Positions 32,932-41,489 of a DNA stretch of 64,000 nt are shown here, one piece after another. The stretch's first letter is position 1; every line of letters begins with the position of its first letter. The notes under the pieces are model-generated. The model saw only the letters and a list, made by a program, of their open reading frames with translations, ran no database searches and was not told where the DNA came from. The stretch comes from an uncultured Candidatus Entotheonella sp. (GTDB lineage: Bacteria; Tectomicrobia; Entotheonellia; Entotheonellales; Entotheonellaceae): contig CBDCDA010000001.1 of the NCBI GenBank assembly GCA_965215335.1, positions 192,001-256,000 of the forward strand, in the 5' to 3' direction. The position numbers and the translations under genes are program-made.

Positions 32932-35900
32932 CCCTGGAAGAATTGATGCAGAAGCGTTTGAAGTGGGTAAAGGCAAATCACGAAAATGGCTTTGATGATG
33001 GCATCAGACGTTTGCTGACGGAACTCTACCCGGATAACGCGCATTTCATTTATGAGCTTCTTCAAAATGCCGAGGACGCCCAAGCGACAGAGGTGCGTTT
33101 TATTCTCAAAACAGACGGCGTCGAATTCGAGCACAATGGGGACCGCTTATTCTCCATAGAAGATGTGAATTCCATAACAAGTATCGGCATCAGTGCCAAA
33201 AGGGATGATACAACCAATATCGGCAAGTTCGGGATTGGCTTTAAGGCGGTCTTTGCCTATACCTCGACGCCCGAGATTACATCGGGCCAGTTTCATTTCC
33301 GCATCAGCGGTCTGGTTGTGCCTGATATAGAGGGGTTGACATCCTGCGCCCTTGGCGAACAAGAAACCCGATTCTCTTTCCCTTTCGATAATCCTGCAAA
33401 GCCACCTGAAGAAGCTCAAAGCGAGATAGAAAGAAATCTCAGGCAATTGGACGAAAGTGCGCTCCTTTTTCTCAGCAGCATCAGGAAGATAGAATATCTG
33501 CTACCTGATTCGACCCTGGGTTTTCTGGAGCGAAAAGAAACAGACGGAAATCGAATTGAGATACTTGTCCAGCATCCAGAAGAGTCGGAGCCTGCTTCAG
33601 CGGTTTTTCTCCGCTTTGAGAAGACGGTTGAGGTGAATGATGAGAACGGCGGTTTCCAACCTTGCCGAATTGCCGCTGCATTTGGCTTGGAGAAAAACCA
33701 GGAACAGGAGGGGAAGCAGTCGGGCAAGAAACGAGGGCGGACCCCACCGGCTCAGTGGAAAATAAAGCCATTGGAGCCAGGGAAGGTCTGCATCTATTTT
33801 CCCGCCGAAAAGGAAACATCAAATCTGCGATTTCACTTACACGCACCTTTTGCTTCGACCGTTGCACGCGATAGTGTGCGCGATTGCCCGGCAAACGATG
33901 AATTACGGAATCATCTGGCAAATTTAATCGTGGAATCAATGACCACTATACGCAATCAAGGATTATTGACGGTAGGCTTTCTGGCAACGTTGCCTAACAA
34001 CCGAGACAACCTGTCTTCCTTCTACAAACCAATTATGAAAAGACTGATTGAGGCATTTGATAATGAAAATTTGACCCCGATGAAGCAAGGTGGCCACATT
34101 GCTGCAAGTGGGACCTTCAGAGGGCAGGCACGACTGTCCGACCTTATCAGCGATAGCGATTTAGCAACGATTCTTGGAAAAGACCACTGCCTGCCGATGT
34201 GGATTGCCAACCCTCCTCAGCGAAATCAGCGTGAAGATAATTTTCTATCCATGCTGGATGTCAATGAGTGGACAACAGAAGACCTTGTAGATGAATTGTC
34301 AGCCAATTCTGAATCAACAATGAGATGGCTGGCAGAAAAACCTGACGAGTGGCATCAGAGACTCTATGCGTTGTTGCTGGAATTCCATGTCCAGCCGCCG
34401 CAGGTCGCAACACGGCACAAAGGCAAACTATCGAAACTTCACATCATTCGCTGTAGCGATGGGAGCTACAGAGCCGGAGGTGAGAGCTACTTCCCAAGCG
34501 ATGGTATGGAGCACGACGAAAATTTTCCTCGCGTCGTCAAAGGCGTCTTTTCGTCTGGGAAAAATACGCAGGAACAGGAAAAAGCCCGCAAATTCCTTGA
34601 GGCTATCGGAGTTAAAGAAGTTAACGAAGCTGAGCGGGTTAAGGCAATTTTGGAGAATAGATATTCTCAATCAGCGATTTATCGTGATAATTTCAAACCC
34701 GATATTCAGGATGTTAAGCGTTTTATCGCTTTAATAGAAAAAGAGCCAGGAGAGAAAAATTTGTTCGGTGAGTATTTTATCTTTCAGTTAGAAGACGGAG
34801 TGTGGGGAAAACTAGAAGACGGAGTGTGGGGAAAACCAGATCACGTCTTTCTGGATTTGCCTTATCTCGACACCGGCTTGAGCGCCTACTATAAATTACT
34901 TGGTGAAGGTTCAGGCCGGAAATGGGCGCTCTCACCGAATTATGAGAAATCTGACGTAGAGCCAGAAAGGGTAGGGAAGTTCGCCGAGACGGTGGGTGCT
35001 CAGACAGAACTACATCCCAAGAAACAACGTATTCCGTATAAAGGAGGGTGGTCTAATGGAATAAATAAAGATTATGACATACCAGAGTTTGACGTACTAT
35101 TGGCCGAGCCAGATTTGAAAAAATCTAAACTTATCTGGGATACAGTCAGAAAATTATCTGATAATTTCTTACAAGCAAAATATCGTTCAAATAGTCAGGT
35201 TAGTCCAATCACTCCTGCCTCTACATTTGTTCATAGACTCAGAAAGACGGAGTGGATTCCGCAAGAGTCCGAAGGGAAATCCATTATATTTGTGAGACCA
35301 CAAGATGCGACAGCCGATAAATTGCCAGAAGGGTTTCCTTATGAAAAAGGACAGAAATGGATCGAAGCTATCTTCTTCGGGGAATCCATCCGACGGCAAG
35401 AAGAATCTAAACGCTTGGAAGATCAAAAGAAGACCGCTGAATTTCAGCGCCGTGAAGTCGCTGCCAAGTCTCTCGGTTTTGACTCCGGTGAGGAAGCCAC
35501 AGAGATAGCGGAGTTAAAACGCAAAGACCCGGAGGGATTCAAAAGATGGCAAGAGAGTAACAAGGAAAGGCCACCTTTCCCAACGAGGCCAGCACCAAAT
35601 CCTCAACGCCGCAAGGAGGGAATTGCCAAACAACACGCTAAGGCTCCTGAAAAGGAATACAAACCCCGTAGGACATCGGTTCGCATCACAGAAGCGACAG
35701 CTTATACACGTGCCTGGTTAAAGGAAAACTATACAGATAATGAGAATCAGTTAAGGTGCCAGATATGTAAGTACAGAATGCCGTTCAGGAAGCGCAATGG
35801 CGAACATTACTTTGAAGCGGTGGAAGCTTTCTCAAAAGAATACCTGAGCAAAGAGCACGAAGCCCAATTTCTCGCCCTGTGCCCGCTGTGCGCAGCGAAG

Positions 35901-36185
35901 TACAAGGAATTTGTCAAGCGTGACGAGAACGCCATGAAAGCGTTGTATGACGCCTTGAAGTCTTCAGACAAGCCCGAGGTGCCGCTGGCTTTGGGGGAAT
36001 GGGAGACGAGTCTGCGGTTCGTAGAAACGCATTGGCAGGATATAAAGACGATTTTACAACTGTCACAATCCGAGGCAGCTGTTGCGGAGCGGAGCGACAC
36101 GTGGACCGAACAAGATCAAGAAGACCTGACCATGGCCTCCCTGCGGTACGCGGCGACACGCTACCCGGAGGAGGAGATTGTTTAA
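32928..36185 (+). CDS. Sacsin-like GHKL ATPase with a C-terminal HNH-like zinc-binding domain
   Basis: HFIYELLQNAEDA, IGKFGIGFKAVF; C-terminal CQIC..YFEAVE..LALCPLC; AT-rich relative to host genes. Confidence 0.82.
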   Translation: MTLEELMQKRLKWVKANHENGFDDGIRRLLTELYPDNAHFIYELLQNAEDAQATEVRFILKTDGVEFEHNGDRLFSIEDVNSITSIGISAKRDDTTNIGKFGIGFKAVFAYTSTPEITSGQFHFRISGLVVPDIEGLTSCALGEQETRFSFPFDNPAKPPEEAQSEIERNLRQLDESALLFLSSIRKIEYLLPDSTLGFLERKETDGNRIEILVQHPEESEPASAVFLRFEKTVEVNDENGGFQPCRIAAAFGLEKNQEQEGKQSGKKRGRTPPAQWKIKPLEPGKVCIYFPAEKETSNLRFHLHAPFASTVARDSVRDCPANDELRNHLANLIVESMTTIRNQGLLTVGFLATLPNNRDNLSSFYKPIMKRLIEAFDNENLTPMKQGGHIAASGTFRGQARLSDLISDSDLATILGKDHCLPMWIANPPQRNQREDNFLSMLDVNEWTTEDLVDELSANSESTMRWLAEKPDEWHQRLYALLLEFHVQPPQVATRHKGKLSKLHIIRCSDGSYRAGGESYFPSDGMEHDENFPRVVKGVFSSGKNTQEQEKARKFLEAIGVKEVNEAERVKAILENRYSQSAIYRDNFKPDIQDVKRFIALIEKEPGEKNLFGEYFIFQLEDGVWGKLEDGVWGKPDHVFLDLPYLDTGLSAYYKLLGEGSGRKWALSPNYEKSDVEPERVGKFAETVGAQTELHPKKQRIPYKGGWSNGINKDYDIPEFDVLLAEPDLKKSKLIWDTVRKLSDNFLQAKYRSNSQVSPITPASTFVHRLRKTEWIPQESEGKSIIFVRPQDATADKLPEGFPYEKGQKWIEAIFFGESIRRQEESKRLEDQKKTAEFQRREVAAKSLGFDSGEEATEIAELKRKDPEGFKRWQESNKERPPFPTRPAPNPQRRKEGIAKQHAKAPEKEYKPRRTSVRITEATAYTRAWLKENYTDNENQLRCQICKYRMPFRKRNGEHYFEAVEAFSKEYLSKEHEAQFLALCPLCAAKYKEFVKRDENAMKALYDALKSSDKPEVPLALGEWETSLRFVETHWQDIKTILQLSQSEAAVAERSDTWTEQDQEDLTMASLRYAATRYPEEEIV

Positions 36186-36522
36186 TCCGGGTGACGTGGT
36201 GGTGCTTGATTTCCCCGGTGTGATGGGTGTCAAACGCCGGCCGGCAGTGGTCGTCTCCTCCCCGCTTTACCACGCCTCCCGACCTGATGTGGTCGTCGGC
36301 CTGATCACGAGCCGGGCCACGGCGCTTGGGCCTATGGATCATGTGTTACAGGATTGGTCACGAGCCGGCTTGAGAGTTCCCTCGGTTTTTCGGTGTTTTT
36401 TCGCTACGCTGCCCGCCGCTATCCATCATATGATCGTCGGTCATCTGTCCGACCGTGATTGGCAGGGGGTGTGTGAATGTGTGAGAACCGCCCTGGCTCC
36501 GATGATCTCTTCGGATAGGTAG
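36178..36522 (+). CDS. PemK/MazF family toxin
   Basis: PGDVVVLDFPG..KRRPAVVVS..DVVVGLITS..DWSRAGLRVPS. Confidence 0.85.
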   Translation: MFNPGDVVVLDFPGVMGVKRRPAVVVSSPLYHASRPDVVVGLITSRATALGPMDHVLQDWSRAGLRVPSVFRCFFATLPAAIHHMIVGHLSDRDWQGVCECVRTALAPMISSDR

Positions 36523-36523
36523 C

Positions 36524-36562
36524 GCGGCTTCCGCACCGCCTGGCGGGTGCCGGCTTAGAGCA
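36524..36562 (+). repeat. Right 39-bp direct repeat
   Basis: GCGGCTTCCGCACCGCCTGGCGGGTGCCGGCTTAGAGCA, a copy of 28810-28848. Confidence 0.85.
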
Positions 36563-36589
36563 TTTCGGGATCAGTGGGGAGGTGAGGGA

Positions 36590-38134
36590 GTGAAGCGCAA
36601 GCTCCCCATCGGTATCCAGACCTTCCGCGAGATTCGCGCCGACAACTGTTACTACGTCGACAAGACAGCGTACATCCGGCGATTACTGGACGAGGGCAAG
36701 CACTACTTCCTCTCCCGCCCACGGCGTTTCGGCAAGAGCCTGTTCGTCGATACCCTGAAGGAATTGTTCGAGGCCAGTGAGTCGCTGTTCCGGGGGCTGG
36801 ACATCCACGGCCGCTGGGACTGGTCCGTGCGCCATCCCGTGATTCGGCTCGACTTCAGCCGAGGCCATTTCCAGGACCAGGAAGGTCTGCACACGAGCCT
36901 GACGGCGCAATTGAAACGCCTGGAAGAACGGGCGGGCGTCGGCTCTGCATACGATACCGCGCCGGAACGTTTCGGCGCTCTGATCGAGAGACTGCACGAG
37001 CGCGCCGGACAGCGGGTAGTCGTCCTCATCGACGAGTACGACAAGCCAATCCTGGACGCGCTGGAGACGCCGGAGGTGGCGCGCGCCAACCGCGACTATC
37101 TGCGCGGGCTGTATTCGACTCTCAAGTTCAACGACGCGGACATCCGTCTGAGCTTCCTCACCGGCGTCAGCAAGTTCTCCAAGGTCAGCCTCTTCTCCGG
37201 CCTGAACAATCTCACTGACATCACCCTGGATCCGCGTTACTCGACCCTCTGCGGCTACACCGAGGCGGACCTGGACGAGGTGTTCGCGCCGGAACTCCCC
37301 GGCCTGGACCGGGAGCGCATCCGCGAGTGGTACGACGGTTACAACTGGCGGGGCGATGAAAGCGTGTACAACCCCTTCGACGTCCTCCTGCTCTTCCGCA
37401 ACCGCGAGTTCGGCGCCTGGTGGTTCGAGACCGGCACGCCCTCATTCCTCGTCAAGACGCTGACAAGCCGGGGCGTCGGTTCCATCGACCTGGACGGCAT
37501 GCGCGGCACCAGCGCTCTGCTTTCGGCGTTCGACGTGGACGATATCGAGCCGGCGGCGCTGCTGTTCCAGACCGGCTATCTCACCATCCGGGCCGAGGCG
37601 GACATGGGCGGCAGCCCGCTGTACCTCATGGGCTATCCGAACCGGGAGGTGCGGCAGAGCCTGAACGAACACCTGCTGCGCGTCATGACGCCGGCCGCCT
37701 CGAGACGCCTGGCGACAAGCGTCCGGCTGCGCGAGCTGCTTGCCGCGAACGACTTCGCGGGCATCGAGACGCTGTTCCGGGCGTTCTTCTCCAGCATCCC
37801 TTACGAATGGCACACGAAGAACGAGATCGCCCGGTACGAAGGCTACTACGCCAGCGTGTTCTACTCCCACTTCGCGGCGGCGGGGCTGGACGTCATGGTA
37901 GAGGACAGCAGCAGCCTCGGGCGGGTGGACATGGCCGTGCGCTTCAATGGCCACGTCTATCTGTTCGAGTTCAAGGTGGCAGAATTGGCGCCAGCGGGAG
38001 CGGCGACGGCACAGTCGCGGGCGAAGGGCTACGCGAACAAGTACCGCCACCTGGACCAGCCAATCCACCTGGTGGGCGTGGAGTTCAGCCGAGAGATGCG
38101 CAATCTGGCCGCGTTTGTGGTGGAAAACGCATGA
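36590..38134 (+). CDS. AAA-ATPase-like protein with a C-terminal PD-(D/E)XK nuclease domain
   Basis: LPIGIQTF..YYVDKT..SRPRRFGKS, LIDEYDKP; GRVDMAV..LFEFK. Confidence 0.9.
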   Translation: MKRKLPIGIQTFREIRADNCYYVDKTAYIRRLLDEGKHYFLSRPRRFGKSLFVDTLKELFEASESLFRGLDIHGRWDWSVRHPVIRLDFSRGHFQDQEGLHTSLTAQLKRLEERAGVGSAYDTAPERFGALIERLHERAGQRVVVLIDEYDKPILDALETPEVARANRDYLRGLYSTLKFNDADIRLSFLTGVSKFSKVSLFSGLNNLTDITLDPRYSTLCGYTEADLDEVFAPELPGLDRERIREWYDGYNWRGDESVYNPFDVLLLFRNREFGAWWFETGTPSFLVKTLTSRGVGSIDLDGMRGTSALLSAFDVDDIEPAALLFQTGYLTIRAEADMGGSPLYLMGYPNREVRQSLNEHLLRVMTPAASRRLATSVRLRELLAANDFAGIETLFRAFFSSIPYEWHTKNEIARYEGYYASVFYSHFAAAGLDVMVEDSSSLGRVDMAVRFNGHVYLFEFKVAELAPAGAATAQSRAKGYANKYRHLDQPIHLVGVEFSREMRNLAAFVVENA

Positions 38135-38183
38135 TGGCAGCGGCTGAAGACCGGAAAATTCAGGTCAAAGGAGACCCGATACC

Positions 38184-38624
38184 ATGTGGAACTGGCTGAA
38201 AGACAACGGCACCGCACTCATTGCCCTTGCAGCCATCCTTACCGTTATCCTCACGTCCAACAACGCCATCCACCACCGCCTGAACGATATCAGGACCGAC
38301 ATGAACCAGCGCTTCGATGCCCAGAACAAGCGCATCGACGACCTCGAAGCCGACATGAACCAGCGCTTCGATGCCCAGGACAAATACATGAACCAGCGCT
38401 TCGATGCCCAGGACAAATACATGAACCAGCGCTTCGATGCCCAGGACATGCGCTTTGATGCCCAGGACAAATACATGAACCAGCGCTTCGATGCCCAGGA
38501 CATGCGCTTTGACCGCCTTACCGACGAAGTCTCCGAAATCCGCAGACTCAGTGACCGTATCACCCGAAACGACTTACGACTCGACATCATCGAACAACAA
38601 CTGCAGACCGCGGACGCGCCCTGA
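38184..38624 (+). CDS. Small N-terminally anchored coiled-coil protein with MNQRFDAQD repeats
   Basis: Hydrophobic N-terminus followed by 33-bp and 21-bp in-frame repeat units; AAGGAG RBS. Confidence 0.7.
   Translation: MWNWLKDNGTALIALAAILTVILTSNNAIHHRLNDIRTDMNQRFDAQNKRIDDLEADMNQRFDAQDKYMNQRFDAQDKYMNQRFDAQDMRFDAQDKYMNQRFDAQDMRFDRLTDEVSEIRRLSDRITRNDLRLDIIEQQLQTADAP
38300..38515 (+). repeat. Intragenic tandem repeats ATGAACCAGCGCTTCGATGCCCAG
   Basis: Five copies of the 24-mer plus partial units, all spaced in multiples of 3. Confidence 0.9.
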
Positions 38625-38819
38625 ATCGAGCCCAAGACCACCCAACCGGACTTTTTTTGCAGTCCTCCACTTTTCCATGCAATGTTTCAATTGTATGGTC
38701 CCGTGCCGTTGACGGCGCCTGCGGGCGGCCGTCTCCAGCCTGCCTTACCGGGTACTCGATGTCAGGCGTCGCAAGCGCGAAGCGTGGCATCGCAAAGCCT
38801 TTCGCAGGAGAATTTCCGG

Positions 38820-40229
38820 TCAGGTCGCGGCTTCCCGCCGCACGTCGAGCATCTCGTCGATACGGGTGAACTTGACGCGCGGCGCCCCGATTTCCTCCCC
38901 CCTGGACACTTCCACCTTGTCGAGATGCAGCCAATCGGCATAGGAGAAGAACGCCGGCTGCCGCTGCCGCACCAGCCTGGCAGCGGCTTCAGCGGTCGAG
39001 CCGGACGGCTGCAGCACCTTGCCGTCGGCCAGATCGGCCAGCATGCACTTGACCGTTTGCAGGGCGTCGGGCTTGTTCGTGCCGATGACGCCGGTGGGGC
39101 CGCGCTTGATCCAGCCGGACGCGTAAATACCGGTCAACGATGCCTGCCCGTCGGCGTCGAGCACGCGGCCTGCCACGTTGGCAATGACACCGCGACGGTC
39201 ATCGAACGGCACGTCGGGCAGCGGCACGCCGCGATAGCCGACCGAGCGAAAGACCATCTCGACCGGCAGTTCCTCGACCTGCTCGGTAGCGCGCGGCCGC
39301 AGGGTGCCGGAGTCGGTGGCGTAGAGCGCGTTCTTCACCAGCCGCATGGCGGTCAGCCGGCCGTCGGCGTCGCCCAGCAGGGCCACCGGCGATACCAGGA
39401 AGCGAATCGTCAGGCGACGCGCCTTGCCTTCCGGCTGCCGTGCGGCGAATTTTTGCAGCATCGCCACCTTGCGACCCGCGGCGCGGTCAGCGCCGCTGTC
39501 CAGGGCCGCCTGGCTCAGGTCGTCCAGGGCCGCTTCTTCGGGACGCACGATCAGATCGGCGCCGGGCAGTTGACCGAGCTCGCGCAATTCGGGATTGGTA
39601 AAAGCCGCCTGCGCCGGGCCACGCCGCCCGAGCATGGTGACCTCTTCAATCCTGCTTTCACGCAGCGCCGCCAGGGCGTAATCGGCGATGTCGGTCCTGG
39701 CGAGTTCTGCGGGGGTGCGGCACAGGATGCGAGCCACGTCAACGGCGACGTTACCGACGCCGACAATGGCGACGCGCTCGCACGAGAAGTCGAACTGCAG
39801 GTCGCGGTAGTCCGGGTGGCCGTTGTACCAGGCCACGAAGGTGGTAGCCGGGAAGCTGCCGATCAGATCCTCGCCCGGGACGTCCATGCGGTTGTCGGTG
39901 GGAGCGCCGGTCGTGAAGACGATCTGATGGTACAGCCCGCGCAGGTCGTCGAGGCCCAGGTGGGTGCCGTATTCAACGTTGCCGTAATAACGAAACCGAG
40001 GGTGGGCGGCGATCCTGTCGTAGGTGGCCGACACCGCCTTGATCTTCTGATGGTCCGGCGCCACGCCGCCGCGCACCAGACCGTACGGCGTCGGCAGCCG
40101 TTCCAGCATGTCGACCTCGACGACCAGGTCCTCCTGATTCAACAGGTGCTCGGCGACGTAGAAACCGCTCGGGCCCGCCCCGACAATCGCCACGCGCAAC
40201 GGCGCCGTAGCCGTACCCGGCTGTGCCAT
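38820..40229 (-). CDS. Ferredoxin/adrenodoxin--NADP+ reductase (FprA-like)
   Basis: VAIVGAGPSG, PYGLVRGGVAPDH, GVGNVAVDVAR, GWIKRGPTGVIGTN. Confidence 0.92.
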   Translation of the reverse strand: MAQPGTATAPLRVAIVGAGPSGFYVAEHLLNQEDLVVEVDMLERLPTPYGLVRGGVAPDHQKIKAVSATYDRIAAHPRFRYYGNVEYGTHLGLDDLRGLYHQIVFTTGAPTDNRMDVPGEDLIGSFPATTFVAWYNGHPDYRDLQFDFSCERVAIVGVGNVAVDVARILCRTPAELARTDIADYALAALRESRIEEVTMLGRRGPAQAAFTNPELRELGQLPGADLIVRPEEAALDDLSQAALDSGADRAAGRKVAMLQKFAARQPEGKARRLTIRFLVSPVALLGDADGRLTAMRLVKNALYATDSGTLRPRATEQVEELPVEMVFRSVGYRGVPLPDVPFDDRRGVIANVAGRVLDADGQASLTGIYASGWIKRGPTGVIGTNKPDALQTVKCMLADLADGKVLQPSGSTAEAAARLVRQRQPAFFSYADWLHLDKVEVSRGEEIGAPRVKFTRIDEMLDVRREAAT

Positions 40230-40394
40230 TCTCAACCCCTCACCGCATGTGTTGGAAGTCGTCATGGGCCTTGCGCGGCATCCCTCGACACACGCCTCCA
40301 GCCCGCTTAGCGGCGGCCATTATACTGCATTGACATGGCGCCACAATCCCACTAGGTTGACAGTGATTCCGCCCATTCAACCAAGGAGGCCGCC

Positions 40395-41477
40395 ATGCAA
40401 GTCGGATACTTCGCAATGCCCCTGCATCCTCCCGGCGCCGACCCGACCCGCACCCTTGAGGACGACCTGGCACAGGTCGTCCTGCTCGACGAGCTCGGCT
40501 ACCAGGAGGCGTGGATCGGCGAGCACTTCACCACCGTGTGGGAGAACATTCCGGCGCCCGACCTGTTCATCGCCATGGCCCTGGCGCAGACCCGGCGCAT
40601 CGTCCTCGGCACCGGCGTGTCGTGCATGCCCAACCACAACCCCTTCATGCTGGCGCAGCGCATCGCGCAACTCGACCACCAGGCGCGCGGCCGCTTTCAC
40701 TGGGGGGTCGGCTCCGGCGGCTTCCCCGGCGACTTCGAGGTGTTCGGCTTCGACCCCGCGACCGGCGCCCACCGCGGCATGACGCGCGACGCCATCGACC
40801 TGGTGCTGCAACTCTGGGACGACCCGAAACCGGGGTTGTACGAGCACCCCTATTGGCGCTTCACCATCCCCGAGCCCGTGGACGAAATCGGCCTTCGCCT
40901 GCACCTCAAGCCGTACCAGAAACCGCACCCGCCCATCGGCGTTGCCGGGGTGTCGCCCAAATCGGATACGCTCATCCTGGCCGGCGAGCGCGGCTGGATT
41001 CCCCTCAGCATCAACCTGGTGCCCACCGCCACGCTTTGCACCCACTGGGAGGCCGTGCGGGAGGGCGCCGCCAGAACCGGTCGGACCCCGGACCAGCACG
41101 CCTGGCGCATCGCCCGCGAGGTGTACGTGGCCGAGAGCAGCGCCGAGGCGCGCCGCGAGGCCCTCGACGGCGTGCTCAGCCGCGACTTCCAGCAGTACTT
41201 CCTGCCGCTGCTGTCCCGCATGAACATGCTCGGCCTGCTCAAGACCGATCCCGGCATGGCCGACAGCGAGGTGACGCCGGAATATCTCGTCGACAACATC
41301 TGGGTCGTCGGCAGCCCTGACGAGGTGGCGGACAAGCTAAGGCGGCTGCATCACGACGTGGGCGGCTTCGGCGTGCTGCTGGCCATGGCCCACGAATGGC
41401 AGCCCAAGGCGCGCTGGCAGCGGTCGATGACCCTGCTGGCCCGTGACGTCATGCCCCGACTCTCCGATCTGAACTGA
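40395..41477 (+). CDS. Luciferase-like (LLM) flavin-dependent monooxygenase
   Basis: DELGYQEAWIGEH, IVLGTGV, KPYQKPHPPI, VGSPDEV. Confidence 0.9.
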   Translation: MQVGYFAMPLHPPGADPTRTLEDDLAQVVLLDELGYQEAWIGEHFTTVWENIPAPDLFIAMALAQTRRIVLGTGVSCMPNHNPFMLAQRIAQLDHQARGRFHWGVGSGGFPGDFEVFGFDPATGAHRGMTRDAIDLVLQLWDDPKPGLYEHPYWRFTIPEPVDEIGLRLHLKPYQKPHPPIGVAGVSPKSDTLILAGERGWIPLSINLVPTATLCTHWEAVREGAARTGRTPDQHAWRIAREVYVAESSAEARREALDGVLSRDFQQYFLPLLSRMNMLGLLKTDPGMADSEVTPEYLVDNIWVVGSPDEVADKLRRLHHDVGGFGVLLAMAHEWQPKARWQRSMTLLARDVMPRLSDLN

Positions 41478-41489
41478 GGATGACACCCC

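Noticed and set aside
38300..38515. Regular 24-33-bp repeats as a possible CRISPR array
   Set aside because: There are no unique spacers, units are multiples of 3 inside an ORF, and no cas gene is adjacent.
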